The notes: generated by a model from the letters alone, not told the origin. Shown: positions 1-14,929, numbered from the stretch's first letter. The stretch: DNA of 64,000 bases from Eledone cirrhosa (GCA_964016885.1 OZ024754.1:24676001-24740000), one strand, 5' to 3'. Translations and numbers: made by a program.

Positions 1-720
1 ATGCGTTCTATCAAGGTGGACTACGCAGGTCACTAACTTGTGGTCTGAATAGCCCACCATGAGCATTTCTGGACAACTTAAAAAGTCCCTATCCTTAATT
101 CTAACTAAGAACCTATCTAGGTACGATCTAGATTGACCACTGTTATTTGACCAAGTCCAGGTTGGCACAGTCGGAAAATCTAGTCGGTATCTATCGGCCA
201 GGTCAAATCGGCCGATTAACTCCTTAAGGCTGTTACACACCCCTCTATCGGGACATGCCCCTACATAGTCCCAACGTGCATCTAGGATACCATTCCAGTC
301 CCCCACTAAAAGCAAGGAGCGGGACGTCCCTAGAAAACCCTCCAGACGATGGAAGAAGTCCGACCGCATTGTCCCAAAAGGGGCGTATACGGCGACAAGC
401 CTAAAAGCTCCGCCTTCACCATTGCCAAGGTCCAGAACCACGAGTCGACCCTCCGGGTCCAAGTGTACCGTCTGTGTAGCAAGACCCAGATGTTTTTGCA
501 GCAGAACGACAACCCCACCCCCACCTCCGGGCTGACAGAGAGATGCGTGCATCTCAAAGTCATCAAAGGTGGGGGCTAGCTGTCGCATGCTGCTGATCCG
601 GGCCTCGCAAATAACCATCACATTTATACATTGTAACCTGAGGTCACTTAGAAGTTTAGCTTGCTTCCAAAGTGAGCCCAGGCCTCGCGCATTTAGACAA
701 CCTACTCTTAACACAGCCAT
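1..720 (-). CDS. LINE ORF2p N-terminus (APE endonuclease), partial
   Basis: ATG at 720-718. Matches the start of copy B ORF2 (MAVLRVGCLNARGL..., GDWN, SYLDRF). Confidence 0.75.
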   Translation of the reverse strand, partial: MAVLRVGCLNARGLGSLWKQAKLLSDLRLQCINVMVICEARISSMRQLAPTFDDFEMHASLCQPGGGGGVVVLLQKHLGLATQTVHLDPEGRLVVLDLGNGEGGAFRLVAVYAPFGTMRSDFFHRLEGFLGTSRSLLLVGDWNGILDARWDYVGACPDRGVCNSLKELIGRFDLADRYRLDFPTVPTWTWSNNSGQSRSYLDRFLVRIKDRDFLSCPEMLMVGYSDHKLVTCVVHLDRTH

Positions 721-840
721 GTTGGTGGCAAAGAAAGAGGCAATTACCTCTCTGCGTCCCGGGGTTCGGGCCGCTCAGTTTCCATGGGGCTGGTGGAGGG
801 GTTGATGGGTGGGGTGGTGGTTTGTGGTGGTGTGGGGGTA

Positions 841-2502
841 TTAGTGTGTGGAGGGGTTGGGATCTTTGGAGTTGTGTGGGTGTTTGAGGAAGGGAGGGGA
901 AAACCTTTTCAGGAGGACGCGGTTGAGTGGCCTGGTGCAGGGTGGGCCCACGTCCTCAGGGTAAATGTTTTTCAAAGTTTTGAAAATGTCAAGTGAGACT
1001 TTCACCATTTTCAGGTTAGGGAGTCCCATTGCCGTTACAAAATTCGGCCCTTCGGTTTGTACCGAATGGTTGTTTTCTATTTTTTCTGTTAGGTTTTTAT
1101 TGTTTTTGTTTATGTATGTGTAGAGTTTTTGTGTTGTGTTTGTTTTTGCTTGTTGTTCTTGAGTGAGTTTGCGTTTTGTTGTCTGTGTTGTGTTGTCAGG
1201 TGGGGTTATTTTTGTTTGTGTGGTGTGTGTACGTTTTTTTCTTTTCACTTTTTGGAAGGGAGCCCCCTCGTCTTCCGACGATATGAGCTCCTCTTCCGTA
1301 TTGGAGGGGAGGGGTATATCTCCGGGTTGTGTATGAACTGCGTGTGTTTTTGTATTTGTGTTCTGTGGGGAGGGGCTGGGTGGGACCGTGTTTTGGGTTG
1401 TTTTCTTGAGCTGTTGTTGATGTTGTTGTTGTGGTGGTGGTGAATGAGGTGGCGTTCTACGTTTTTGTTGTCGTTGTGGTGGTGATGGTAGTGTATTTTG
1501 TTGTTTTTGTGGTGGTGGTGCTGGTTGTTTTTGTTGTTGTTGTGGTGTTTGTAGCAGTGGTTTTTTTGTTGTTAGTAGAGGGCAGGCCGTCCTCAGGTGA
1601 CCTCTGCCAGCGCAGTGGTAACATGAGGGTCTCCTGCCTTCCACCGTAATATTTATGAAGGTTCGCCCATCCAGTAGGACTCGGTTGGGTATTCCGGAGA
1701 TTCTCTCAGGTGTCATCTGTAAGAGAATCTCCAGACTTTTCCCCCCGAACAGTCCATTGGTGGACTCCCCTGCTGAAATAAGGATGTCCTTTTCTAGGTC
1801 CGTAAATCCTGTTAGGACGGACCAGATGTTAACTTCTGGCGTTGGGCTCCACATTCTTATTCTTTGTGTTCTTCTTCCTTTATATGTGGGGAAGAAGGTG
1901 TATTGTGGTGACACTATAGGTGCCACCGAATATTTTTGAGCCAGCATTTCGTCCTTCATTCGGACCATAATGCTGGCATACAACTTTCCTCTTTGAATAA
2001 AGAGTATGTCCTTTTTAATGTCTTTCAGAACCAGCTCAATTTGACTTTCTGTCAATTGAGCTGGCTTTCTTGTTGCGTTGGTTATAGTCCTGTAGGTTAT
2101 GGTATTCCTATATACCTGTTGACGAACTTCTTCTGGGGAGTTGATCGTAACAGAACCATCCTCCCCAAAAGATATGTATTTTCTGGCATCTAGCAAATTT
2201 TGCTTAGCGTTAGTAATATCTATGGGCTTGTATTCAATAGCTTTCCTGACCGTTTGGGCAAAAGAAATTTTGTTGTCTTTGTTGCTTGTTGTTGTAATGT
2301 TGTTGGTTTCATTATTTGTGGTGTTATTTTTTTCTTCAAAATTTAGGTTTTCATTCGAATTAGTATTCTTTTTTTTTTCATTGGAGAGGAGGGCCTGTTC
2401 AACAGTTTGAATTGTTGTTCCCTCTTTCTCGCTTATTTTTTTGGTAGGCGTGGCGTTAGCTTCCAATATGGCGATATCGTTTTCAACGATATCGATAAAC
2501 AT
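841..2502 (-). CDS. LINE ORF1p (gag-like, CCHC zinc knuckle), 553 aa
   Basis: Contains CYHCAGRGHLRTAC (CX2CX4HX4C), lies upstream of an APE-RT ORF2, and has a low-complexity Q/P/T tail. The C-terminus may be frameshifted relative to copies B and C. Confidence 0.8.
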   Translation of the reverse strand: MFIDIVENDIAILEANATPTKKISEKEGTTIQTVEQALLSNEKKKNTNSNENLNFEEKNNTTNNETNNITTTSNKDNKISFAQTVRKAIEYKPIDITNAKQNLLDARKYISFGEDGSVTINSPEEVRQQVYRNTITYRTITNATRKPAQLTESQIELVLKDIKKDILFIQRGKLYASIMVRMKDEMLAQKYSVAPIVSPQYTFFPTYKGRRTQRIRMWSPTPEVNIWSVLTGFTDLEKDILISAGESTNGLFGGKSLEILLQMTPERISGIPNRVLLDGRTFINITVEGRRPSCYHCAGRGHLRTACPLLTTKKPLLQTPQQQQKQPAPPPQKQQNTLPSPPQRQQKRRTPPHSPPPQQQHQQQLKKTTQNTVPPSPSPQNTNTKTHAVHTQPGDIPLPSNTEEELISSEDEGAPFQKVKRKKRTHTTQTKITPPDNTTQTTKRKLTQEQQAKTNTTQKLYTYINKNNKNLTEKIENNHSVQTEGPNFVTAMGLPNLKMVKVSLDIFKTLKNIYPEDVGPPCTRPLNRVLLKRFSPPFLKHPHNSKDPNPSTH

Positions 2503-2983
2503 TTTTGAATTAAATATTTTTCACCCCAAAAGGGGTGAAAATATATTTACCCTACGTGTACAGTCCCAGACTAGTAGTTAGAGTCAATAATAAAAAACAA
2601 TTTGAATAATGCACTCACAAATATTCCAGGTAAAAATTCCAAATCGAAGAGCCGATGTGCAAGACGTCTACTATCAAAGACAGACAGACAAAGAGGCAGA
2701 CAGAGAATCAGACAGACAAGTGGACACACAGAATGACAAAGTCAGACAGAGAGTGATATAATCAGTAAGACAGACTAATAGACAGCTCAAAAATAAAAAA
2801 AAAACAATTAAACAAATATGTATATATATAGAATTAGGATTTAGCTTCAGGCATAGCTGTATACAGATATGTATTGGAACTTCGTATTTCTAAAGAAACA
2901 TGGTATGTTTATAGATAAACATTTAGAAAGCTGTAGCTATGTAAATAACACCGGGGGTTATTGCCCTCTAGTGGTGTCCAGCA

Positions 2984-3317
2984 GAAACAAGGGGGACAAT
3001 CGTCGATGCATTTCAAACTTAACTGGTACTCATCAGGTACTCACTGGTACTCATCAGGACTTAAAACAGTCGAGAATATATAGTTTTCTCGTCTGTGTAA
3101 ATGAGGTGATTAATCTCATTTGCATATGAAGCTGCAGCAGCAAGCAGAAGCAAGGGGGACTTATGCAGCTTCATATGCAAATGAGATTAATTGCCTCATT
3201 TACACAGACGAGAAAACTATATATTCTCGACTGTTTTCAAGTCCTGATGAGTTCCAGTGAGTACCTGATGAGTACCAGTTAAGTTTGAAATGCATCGACG
3301 ATTGTCCCCCTTGTTTC
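2984..3317. repeat. Foldback (~153-bp arms) with HHR-like core and octamer on the right arm
   Basis: 2984-3136 is the reverse complement of 3164-3317. Right arm reads GTC-CTGATGA(3244)...GAAA(3287)-TGCATC^GAC, with ATGCAAAT at 3175. Confidence 0.85.
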
Positions 3318-3416
3318 ACATATATTTATTTCACGAGGCTCGATAAGGATAAATATATAACAAATATATAAGGACCCTAGAGCAAACCCGAGCAACGCCG
3401 AGCCATTCTGGTAGTG

Positions 3417-3449
<33 letters not shown>

Positions 3450-3774
3450 GTGTGTATGCAAAAATATCTGTACACGAATATATATATATTAAAATAACAG
3501 ATTAAAGTTTAAACAAAGAATCGCTGCTTTCACCCTTAACGGTATCTTCTGAAACTAAAATAATAAATCTGTGAACGTAGAAGTAAATATTTCGAAAAAC
3601 GTTACACACTATATATATATCTACACACACTATACACACACACCGTGTCATAATGTCGTAATGCAGACAGCCAGACATACAGACAGATATTATAAGGGCG
3701 CAACGTTATATCTATGTATCTATCTAAAGAGAGAAAGACTAAGAATTATAGAGCGAGAGATAGCTAATTCGACT

Positions 3775-3940
3775 AATGCGGTCCCTAGGGCATTGAAAAT
3801 TTGAAATTTCTTTTGCTCAAAACACTCACGGGACCATAAGTATTACATGTGTAAAGTTTGAAAAAACTCGGTTGGGTGGTTCTCGAGTTTTAGTGATTGG
3901 ACAGACAAACAGACATTCTCTGTTTTAGTAATATAGATTA
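3775..3940 (+). mobile_element. Possible 3' end of a non-autonomous Helitron/Helentron-like element
   Basis: AAGTTTG...CGGTTGGGTGGTTCTCGAG...GACAGACAAACAGAC...TAATATAGATT resembles such termini from memory. A 5'-end-like motif lies at 3385-3418 on the minus strand. Confidence 0.4.
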
Positions 3941-3944
3941 TATA

Positions 3945-5125
<1,181 letters not shown>

Positions 5126-5689
5126 TGATGGAGGAAAAGGAGTTAGATTGACTGAAAGACAGACAGACAATCAGTCCAACAGACTAACATAAAAGTAAAT
5201 CAATATACAAACAAACGCACTGAAAAGATAGTGAGGCGCTTGGACAAATAAACCGTAAACCTTTACAAAAGGTAACCCCTTATATTTTATAACATTGGGT
5301 TGTAAATCTTAACCGTGTGTAAAAACCCCCAAAACAATGTAAAATCAAAATGGCGACGAAGTAGTAATGGTTTTTAATTTCGAATAGGCTATGTAGCCGG
5401 TAAACATTAAAGGGACGCAACACACATCGCTATAGCGTTTCACCAGCCTCTTCCTTATGTTGTCCGTATCTGTTTATGTATTTACGTGTAGATGTGTATG
5501 TATGTAACTAAAGTGTAACGTATGTTACGAAAACAACTAAATGATTTGAACTTGTTTTTTTAACAATTTATGGTGGAAAAAATTTCAAATTGTCTTAACT
5601 CTGGCCACAACTCATGGTGTCAGACATTTTTACCGGCTACATATCCCCTTCCTTTTAATTTAGATACATTTGGTTGCGATTTTATTGAT

Positions 5690-6005
5690 AGAGGAAAGTC
5701 GATTAAATCGACACCAGTATTTAACTGGCACTATGTTTTATTGGCCTCGAAAAGATGGAAGGCAAAGTTGATTTTGGCAGAATTTAAACACAGAATGTAA
5801 AGATTCCTAATTTGTCCGGCGCTCTCACGATTCTGCCCATCACGTACCCCCTACGACCAAGTAATAATGGTTCCTAATCAAGGCACAAAGCCAACAATTT
5901 GAAGGAGAGGGCAAACCGATTATATCGACCCCAGTACTTAACTGGTACTTTATTTTATCGACCTTGGAAGGACGAAAGGCATGGCGGAATTTGAATTCAG
6001 AACGT
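5690..6005 (-). mobile_element. Two SINE fragments (same family as 15865-16060)
   Basis: ACTGGTACTTTATTTTATCGACC...GAAAGGC matches the reverse complement of the family core. Confidence 0.7.
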
Positions 6006-6049
6006 AAAGAAGCAGAACAAATGCGAATAAGTATTTGTGAACGTTCTAA

Positions 6050-6437
6050 CATAACCACCACCACCACCACCACAACTATCACAACCACCACAACCACCAC
6101 CACTATCACTACAACCAACACCAACACAACCACCACCACAACCACCACCACCACCACCACCACTACAGCCACCACACCAATCACAATAACCACCATCACC
6201 ACAACCTCCACCACCACCACACCACAACCATCGCTATAACCACCACCACCACCATCACCACCACATCCATCACAACAACCACCACAACTACCACAACCAC
6301 CACAACAACCACCATCACTACAACCATCACCAAAACCACCACAACCACCAAAACCACCACAACCACCACAACAACCACCAGCATAACCACCACAACCACT
6401 ACCAACACCACTACAACCATCACCAACACCACCACAA
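6050..6437. repeat. (ACC/ACA)n low-complexity repeat
   Basis: Directly visible. Confidence 0.9.
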
Positions 6438-7395
6438 CCGAAAGAGAAACAATTTAAGGGTCAACCAAGATAGATTCAAAAATTATTCTACAAAACTCAC
6501 GCTGCAGCACACTTACAGGTCGTTTACTAATGGATGCCAACCCCCATTAACCCCACCCCCCATTAACCACACCCACACTCCAGTAACAACATTTCTACTT
6601 TACTACGATCCATATACTGTACTACAGAACATCAGACTAGTATTTTACTGGGCACAGATGTTGCGTGGGAAGACTATTTGTAAAACCTTCCACCCTATTT
6701 AGTCAACGACTGTAGAATATATTTTACTTCCTATTTAAAAACCAGAAGACTGGTTTAGATATCAATACTTTGTCTTACATAATGCCTAATCCTCTTCGTT
6801 TTCTTACCCCTCACAGATCCGTCGACCTTGAAACAACCCTCAACGAACGTGTTTTCCACTAATTAAACAAATATCTGTTACATTCGAAACAGTATGTGTT
6901 ATAGTATATTTGTGAAAAGCGCCTCATCTTGGCAGAATATTTAGAAGCTTTATTACACTCTTAACACTTCGCTCAGCCCCATATTTCAAGTCTTCGTACT
7001 TTGCTACATTCTCTCCTTCCTTGTCTAGTATAAAATGGTCAAGTATCATCGGTTAACCAAGATACTCTTTTTTCTGTATTGAATATAACAATATTCAGGC
7101 GTTACCATTCCATTTGTTTATCTATTTCAATCAACATGTCCCCTAATACTTTTACATGGTTGTTTTCAAGGACATGTTCTAGTCTGTGGACATCTCCACC
7201 TGTTCAAATTCAAATTTTTGACGCATTCCCCAATGTAAGATTCAGTCAATTTGGTTATGTCTAATGATTTCAGTATCTGACATTCGGAGACTTCACGCGC
7301 CCACATCTCTTCCCTTTCATTACACACTCTCTACAGCAAACCCCACGGTATGTCTTCCTCATATATATAGCGTTCTCAGTGCTAGGATCATGTCC

Positions 7396-7426
<31 letters not shown>

Positions 7427-7626
7427 GTCTGTCTCTCTGTCTGTCTATCTGAGGATAGTAGACGTCTTTCATATCGGCTCTTCGATTTGGAATTTTTACC
7501 TGGAATATTTGTGAGTGAATTATTTGAATTGTTTTTTATTATTGACTTTAAACCCTAGTCTGGAACTGTAGACGTAGGGTAAATATATTTTCACCCCTTT
7601 TGGGGTGAAAAATATTTAATTCAGAA

Positions 7627-9402
7627 ATGTTTATCGATATCGTTGAAAACGATATCGTTGAAAACGATATCGTCGAAAACGATATCGCCATATTGGAAGC
7701 GAACGCCACGCCTACCAAAAAAATAAGCGGGAAAGAGGGAACAACAGTTCAAACTGTTGAACAGCCCCTCCTCTCCAATGAAAAAAAAAAGAATATTAAT
7801 TCAAATGAAAAACTTAATTTTGAAGAAAAAAATAACACCACAAATAATGAAACCAACAACATTACAACAACAAACAACAAAGACAACAAAATTTCTTTTG
7901 CCCAAACGGTCAGGAAAGCTATCGAGTACAAGCCAATAGACATCACAAACGCTAAGCAAAGTTTGCTAGATGCCAGAAAATACGTATCTTTTGGGGAGGA
8001 TGGTTCTTTTACGATCAACTCCCCAGAAGAAGTTCGTCAACAGGTATATAGGAATACCGTAACCTACAGGACTATAACCAACGCAACAAGAAAGCCAGCT
8101 CAATTGACAGAAAGTCAAATTGAGCTGGTTCTGAAAGACATTAAAAAGGACATACTCTTTATTCTAAGAGGAAAGCTGTATGCCAGCATTATGGTCCGAA
8201 TGAAGGACGAAATGCTGGCTCAAAAATATTCGGTGGCACCTATAGTGTCACCACAATACACCTTCTTCCCCACATATAAAGGAAGAAGAACACAAAGAAT
8301 AAGAATGTGGAGCCCAACGCCAGAAGTTAACATCTGGTCCATCCTAACAGGATTTACGGACCTAGAAAAGGACACCCTTATTTCAGCAGGGGAGTCCACC
8401 AGTGGACTGTTCGGGGGAAAAAGTCTGGAGGTTCTCTTACAGATGACACCTGAGAGAATCTCCGGAATACCCGACCGAGTCCTACTGGATGGGCGAACCT
8501 TCATAAATATCACAGTGGAAGGCAGGAGACCCTCATGTTACCACTGCGCTGGCAGAGGTCACCTGAGGACGGCCTGCCCTCTACTAACAACAAAAAAAAA
8601 CCACTGCTACAAACACCACAACAACAACAAAAACAACCAGCACCACCATCACAAAAACAACAAAATACACTACCATCACCACCACAACGACAACAAAAAC
8701 CAACACCACCACCACCACCACCACAACAACAACATCAACAGCAGCTCAAGAAAACAACCCAAAACACGGTCCCACCTAGCCCCACCCCACAGAACACAAA
8801 TACAAAAACACACGCAGTTCATACACAACCCGGAGATATACCTCTCCTCTCCAATACGGAAGAGGAGCTCATATCGTCGGAAGACGAGGGGGCTCCCTTC
8901 CAAAAAGTGAAAAGAAAAAAACGTACACACACCACACAAACAAAAATAACCCCACCTGACAACACAACACAGACAATACACTCAAGAACAACAAGCAAAA
9001 ACAAACACAACAACACAAAAACTCTACACATACATAAACAAAAACAATAAAAACCTAACAGAAAAAATAGAAAACAACCCATCGATACAAACCGAAGGGC
9101 CGAATTTCGTAACGGCAATGGGACTCCCTAACCTGAAAATGGTGAAAATCCCACTTGACATTTTCAAAACTTTGAAAGACATTTACCCTGAGGACGTGGG
9201 CCCACCCTGCACCAGGCCACTCAACCGCGTCCTCCTGAAAGGTTTTCCCCTCCCTTCCTCAAACACCCACACAACTCCAAAGATCCCAACCCCTCCACAC
9301 ACTAATACCCCCACACCACCACAAACCACCACCCCACCCATCAACCCCTCCACCAGCCCCATGGAAACTGAGCGGCCCGAACCCCGGGACGCAGAGAGAT
9401 AA
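7627..9402 (+). pseudogene. LINE ORF1, frameshifted
   Basis: Split into ORFs 7627-8910, 8535-9050 and 9118-9402. Zinc knuckle present. A 15-bp DIVEN segment is triplicated at the N-terminus. Confidence 0.85.
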
Positions 9403-9425
9403 GTGCCTCTTTCTTTGCCACCAAC

Positions 9426-12400
9426 ATGGCTGTCTTAAGAGTAGGTTGTCTAAATGCGCGTGGCCTGGGTTCACCTTGGAAGCAAGCTAAACTGCTAAGT
9501 CACCTCAGGTCACAATGTATAAATGTGATGGTTATTTGCGAGACCCGGATCAACAGCATGCGACAGCTAGCCCCCACCTTTGATGACTTTGAGATGCACG
9601 CATCTCTCTGTCAGCCCGGAGGTGGGGGTGGGGTTGTCGTTCTGCTGCAAAAACATCTGGGTCTTGCTACACAGACGGTACACTTGGACCCGGAGGGTCG
9701 ACTCGTGGTTCTGGACCTTGGCAATGGTGAAGGCGAAGCTTTTAGGCTTGTCGCCATATACGCCCCTTTTGGGGCAATGCGGTCGGACTTCTTCCATCGT
9801 CTGGAGACTTTTCTAGGGACGTCCCGCTCCTTGCTTTTAGTGGGGGACTGGAATGGTATCCTAGATGCACGTTGGGACTATGTAGGGGCATGTCCCGATA
9901 GAGGGGGGTGTAACAGCCTTAAGGAGTTAATCGGCCGATTTGACCTGGCCGATAGATACCGACTAGATTTTCCGACTGTGCCAACCTGGACTTGGTCAAA
10001 TAACAGTGGTCAATCTAGATCGTACCTAGATAGGTTCTTAGTTAGAATTAAGGATAGGGACTTTTTAAGTTGTCCAGAAATGCTCATGGTGGGCTATTCA
10101 GACCACAAGTTAGTGACCTGCGTAGTCCACCTTGATAGAACGCATAGGCAGGGGCCCGGTTACTGGAAGCTCAACTTGTCCTTACCGGCAAGTAGAGCTT
10201 ACAGGGACCGGATTAGAACCTTAGTTAAGGAGCGGTTGACGACCGCCATCGTCAACAACAGGTGGTGGGGCTCTCTAAAAAGAGAGATTAGAGTAGTTTC
10301 AATAGGAGTTAGTAAGGAGTTAGCCTCAGATAGAAATAGGAAGGAAAGGGAGTTGGTAGTTAATGTTGAAGAGGCAATGAGAAGCGGCAACGTGGCCAGA
10401 GTGCAAGCGTCGAGAACGGTCTTGAACCAGTTCTTCGACGCGAAACACGAAGACTGCGTTGTCCGAAGCAAAATACGTGCTGTGGGAAACGAGGGGACCA
10501 AAGCTGTTAGCTGGGCCCGCGTGACAGAAGCGAAAAGTGGGATTAAATCCACTATCCGGTCTTTGCGAGACCAGGATGGACGGTTGATCCTTGAACCTAA
10601 GCAAATGTGCGAGGCCTTTCAAAGGCACTTTGCCCGATTGTTCGGTAGGGGCGGGGGGCCGGTTGGGGATGTGGATTTCGGTCCATACCTCGACGGCCTG
10701 CCGCGTCTTTCGGACAAGGAGGCGAGGTCCTGCGACGGGCCGATCTCAGCTGCTGAAATAGGGGACGTGCTGAGCCTATGCAGCAAACGCAAACCTCCAG
10801 GGCTCGATGGTCTGCCCTACGAACTATATATTAATATGCCGGACTTGTTCCCCGATCTCCTCGAGGTGGTCTACTGCAACTGGCAACAGAACGGGAGAAT
10901 TCCCTGTTCTGTGACCAAGGGCGTAGTCTCGCTAGTGAGGAAGGACGAGAACAAGGGGGATGACATTAGTAATTTTAGGCCCATAACTCTGCTAAATGCA
11001 GAGTTAAAGATTTTGGCCAAGGTGTTAGCGAAGAGATTGGCGCTTGTCGTGGGGGGCCTGGTGGGAGATGCGCAGACATGCGCTATCCCGTCCAGGTCCA
11101 TTCACGACAACCTCCACCTCATGCGATACATCATAGAGAGGGTTGGGATTGAACCCGGCTTTGGTGGGGCCCTGATAAATTAATATCAGTCTAAAGCGTT
11201 CGATAGGGTGGACCATGGTTACCTGGATGCGGTGCTAGCGGCGGCTGGGTTCGGACCCGTTTTCAGGGGCTGGATCACTGCCATGCACAGCAGCCGCATC
11301 TGCTCTAGAGTCAAGGTGAACGGCTACCTTTCGGAGCCGTTCGAAATCACCCGCTCCATCCGACAGAGATGCCCTCTCTCCTCCCTTCTGTATGTATTGG
11401 CTCTCGAGCCACTACTGCGGAAGTTGGAGTTGTTGCAGGGCATCCCTTTGGAACCGGGATTGCGCAAAGCGGTGTCGGCCTATGCCGATGACGTAACAGT
11501 AATAGTGTCGACCACCTCGGAAATCGAGACAATCGACACCTTACTGGAGGAGTACGAAAGGTTGACAGGGGCTAAGCTGAACCGGGACAAGTCAGTCGCT
11601 TTGCAACTCGGTGAGTGGAGGGGCAAAGCGATGTCGTGCGACGGTATCGTCGGACGGTGGACGGAGGGCCCGGTGAAGTTGCTTGGGGTCTGGTTCGGAC
11701 CGGACCTCCAGGTGGAGAAAAACTGGGGTGAGGTGACGAATAGGGTGTTTGCACTGACCCAGAAGTGGGCCGAGTGCAAACTATCCCTGAAAGATCGGGC
11801 GGAGGTGGCGAACGCTTACATAGCGTCCGTCATCTATTAGCGCTTGACGGTCGTGCCTTGCCCGGGTGAGATCCTCGCCAAAATGGAGCGCGTCCTCTTT
11901 TATTTCCTTTGGAAAAAGAGGTCTCCTCTGGTGAGGAGATCCATCTGCTGTCAACACCCTTTGAAAGGAGGGCTGGGGAAGCCGTGGCTAAAAATGCGTA
12001 AACACGCATTGAGGCTAAGGCACCTCCAGGTATTCCTCACCGGTCAACCGGTGTGGGCCCCGTTTGTGAGGCGAGCCTTCCCGAGGCTCGTCTCGCTCAC
12101 CGAGCTGCAGTCCTGGGTGAAGCAAAGACCGAGAAAACTGGGCGACTGGCACACCGAGTGTGCCCAGGCGCTCACGGCTCTCTGGCAGGCGGACCCGGCT
12201 ATCGACGGAGACTCCACCTCGTCATTCTATAGAGGGCTGGTGGTTAGCGGGTGCGACGACGTCCTCGGAGAAACCCTAGGCATGGAGGAGGACGAACTGG
12301 CCAGTATATTCGGTAGGACTTTCGGCCCGGGACCTATGGACAACTTCCAGAAGTCCTTGGCGAGGCAGTGCTACCGAGGGGCTCTGCCCGTTCGGGATAA

Positions 12401-12872
12401 GCTCTACAGACACGGGCGCCCGGGTAGGGACCCCTCGAAAAAATCTGTCCCAGATGCGTGCGCGACGAGGAAACGTCGCGCACGCATTGGTGCTCTGCCC
12501 GGGCGTTGCCGATCTGTGGGGCTATGTCGAACAACTGCTGTCACGGGTGGGACCAATTAGGTTGACCACCGAGTCCATTGTAACGATCAAGCCGCCCCCC
12601 CCCCCCCCCCCCTCTTCAAAAATGAAGGAGAGGCGGTCTTCCTCTGTGTAATAGCGATGGTAAAAGAGGTTATATTGTGGACGCGTCTGAAAGGGCTGAG
12701 GTCGGACACCTTTCTCTCCGGCCAACAACTGGTCCTTTTCTTCCGATACCATTTCGGAAGAAGGATCAGGATGGAGAGAGAGGTGCTCCACTCCAGCCAG
12801 TTTTATGAAAGGTGGGTGAAAGTTGCGAGAATGGCCCGTGTGAATGGGCCTTCTCTCTACCTCAGCCTGTAG
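9426..12872 (+). pseudogene. LINE ORF2 (APE + RT + C-terminal CCHC), with premature stops and frameshifts
   Basis: APE motifs NARGL, CETR, GDWN, SYLDR, SDH; RT motifs PGLDG, FRPITLLN, KAFDRV, CPLS, YADD. Stops at 11183 and 11840. Confidence 0.92.
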
Positions 12873-13258
12873 GTGGAAAATGAAGAGGGGAGCACCCTCT
12901 CTTTGTGCTCCCGTGGAGAAGAGTCGCTCATTTTTTCGGGGGTGTGTGTGACCCCAAAACGATCCCTCCCTATTGAGGACCTTCTTGTTACTATTTTGTT
13001 TGTTATATTTTTCTTACTCGATTTTTATGTAAACTCCCCCCACCCATGTACATGTCCCTTTCTTTTGTGCCCTAGTGGCAAATAAACAGAAATTTGTCTA
13101 TTTGACTCTCTGTCTGCCTGTCTGTCTGTCTGCCTGTCTGTCTCGCTTCCAAATTCTCGTTGAAATTGAAACGATCAGTCTGAAAACAAACTAGACATTA
13201 TCAAATAATATAATTCGTTATTATTGCAGATCTCGTCCGGGGAGAACGAGGGCAACAT

Positions 13259-13259
<1 letters not shown>

Positions 13260-13320
<61 letters not shown>

Positions 13321-14005
13321 GCTGCTACTGCTGCTGCTGCTGCTCTACTACCGCCACCACCACCACCACCACTTAGTAAAATTGTAGTTACTCAAGATTC
13401 AATAACAACCCTGTCAACGGACGCCATTATATATATTTGGACATTTTCATAATTTCTTGTTTTTCTGCATATTATTGTTGTTATTGTTGTCGTTTTAGGC
13501 TTATTTAATCGTTATTATATCGAGCTTAGCTTTTCTTATTTTTATTTTATTTTATTTTATTTTTTATTTTATTTTATTTTATTTTATTTTATTTTATTTT
13601 ATTTTATTTTATTTTATTTTATTTTATTTTATTTTATTTTATTTTATTTTATTTTATTTTATTTTATTTTATTTTGTTTTTATGTTTATTTTTATTTTGT
13701 TAATTTTTAATTTATGTTCATTTTATTTTTATTTTATGTTTATTAAATTATATTTTATGTTTATTATATTATATTTTATGTGTATTATATTATATTTTAG
13801 CTATCGTCAACACTGAGCTCCGACTACGATGTAAACACATTTTAAATACTAGAAGCTGAATTTGTCGAAAACATTTCGTTACGAAAAGACCTTCGGCTTG
13901 GCATCTTCTGAACGTAATTCCATTCAAACTCCATCCAAAACCTATTTATCTGACTGTTATTTATCTATTTATTTACTATATTTCATTTTTATTCTCTCTC
14001 TCTCA

Positions 14006-14083
<78 letters not shown>

Positions 14084-14457
14084 CTCTCTCACTCACTCAC
14101 TCTCTCTCTCTCTTGTTTTTTAATCATTTATTCCATATAAACAGAAAGATTTAGTTTGGTGGAGTTTCATGCCAGGAGAGGATCTTAGAAAAGCTAAATC
14201 TGTAAGGATTGCAAAAATAAAAATGATTAGTGAAGCAATCACTTTAAATGATTTATACACTCACCCTAGACCACCACACAACACACCATACCATAGTGTT
14301 AGTGGCGGTGGTGGTGGTGGTAGTGGTAGTGGTGGTGGTGGTGGTGGTGGTAGTGGTGGTGGTGCCAGTTAGTAGTAGTAGTAGCAGTAGTAGCAGCACT
14401 AACAGCAGAAGCAGCAGCAGCAGTAGTAGTAGTAGTAGTAGTTGTTGTTGTTGTTAT

Positions 14458-14489
<32 letters not shown>

Positions 14490-14496
14490 TAGTAGT

Positions 14497-14558
<62 letters not shown>

Positions 14559-14595
14559 CAGCAGTAGTAATAGTAGTAGTAGTAGCAGCAGCAGC

Positions 14596-14636
<41 letters not shown>

Positions 14637-14653
14637 CAGCAGCAGCAGCAGCG

Positions 14654-14703
<50 letters not shown>

Positions 14704-14720
14704 TATAGTAGTAGAAGCAT

Positions 14721-14752
<32 letters not shown>

Positions 14753-14853
14753 TGGTAGTAGTAGTAGTAGTAGTAGTAGTAGTTGTAGTTGTAGTAGTAG
14801 TAGTAGTAGTAGTAGTAGAAGCAATAGCAGCAATAGCAGCAGCAGTAGTAGTA

Positions 14854-14929
<76 letters not shown>

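Larger units (their letters stand above)
1..2675 (-). mobile_element. Tx1-like L1-clade LINE, copy A (5' UTR, ORF1, start of ORF2; runs off window edge)
   Basis: Reverse complement nearly identical to copy B (7454 onward). The 5' end GATAGTAGACGTC abuts a (TCTG)n-like tract. Confidence 0.9.
7454..13092 (+). mobile_element. Full-length but disabled Tx1-like L1-clade LINE, copy B (~5.6 kb)
   Basis: 5' UTR, ORF1, ORF2 and a 3' UTR ending GGCAAATAAA. Flanked on both sides by (TCTG)n-like repeats. Confidence 0.93.

Noticed and set aside
7454-13092. Tx1 LINE as the mobiliser of the HHR elements
   Set aside because: No shared 3' end and a different target preference. The architecture fits Penelope-type RT better, though this is untested.
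13865-13905. Minus-strand CCGAAGG...GAAA hammerhead-like string
   Set aside because: Two core mismatches and no convincing stems.
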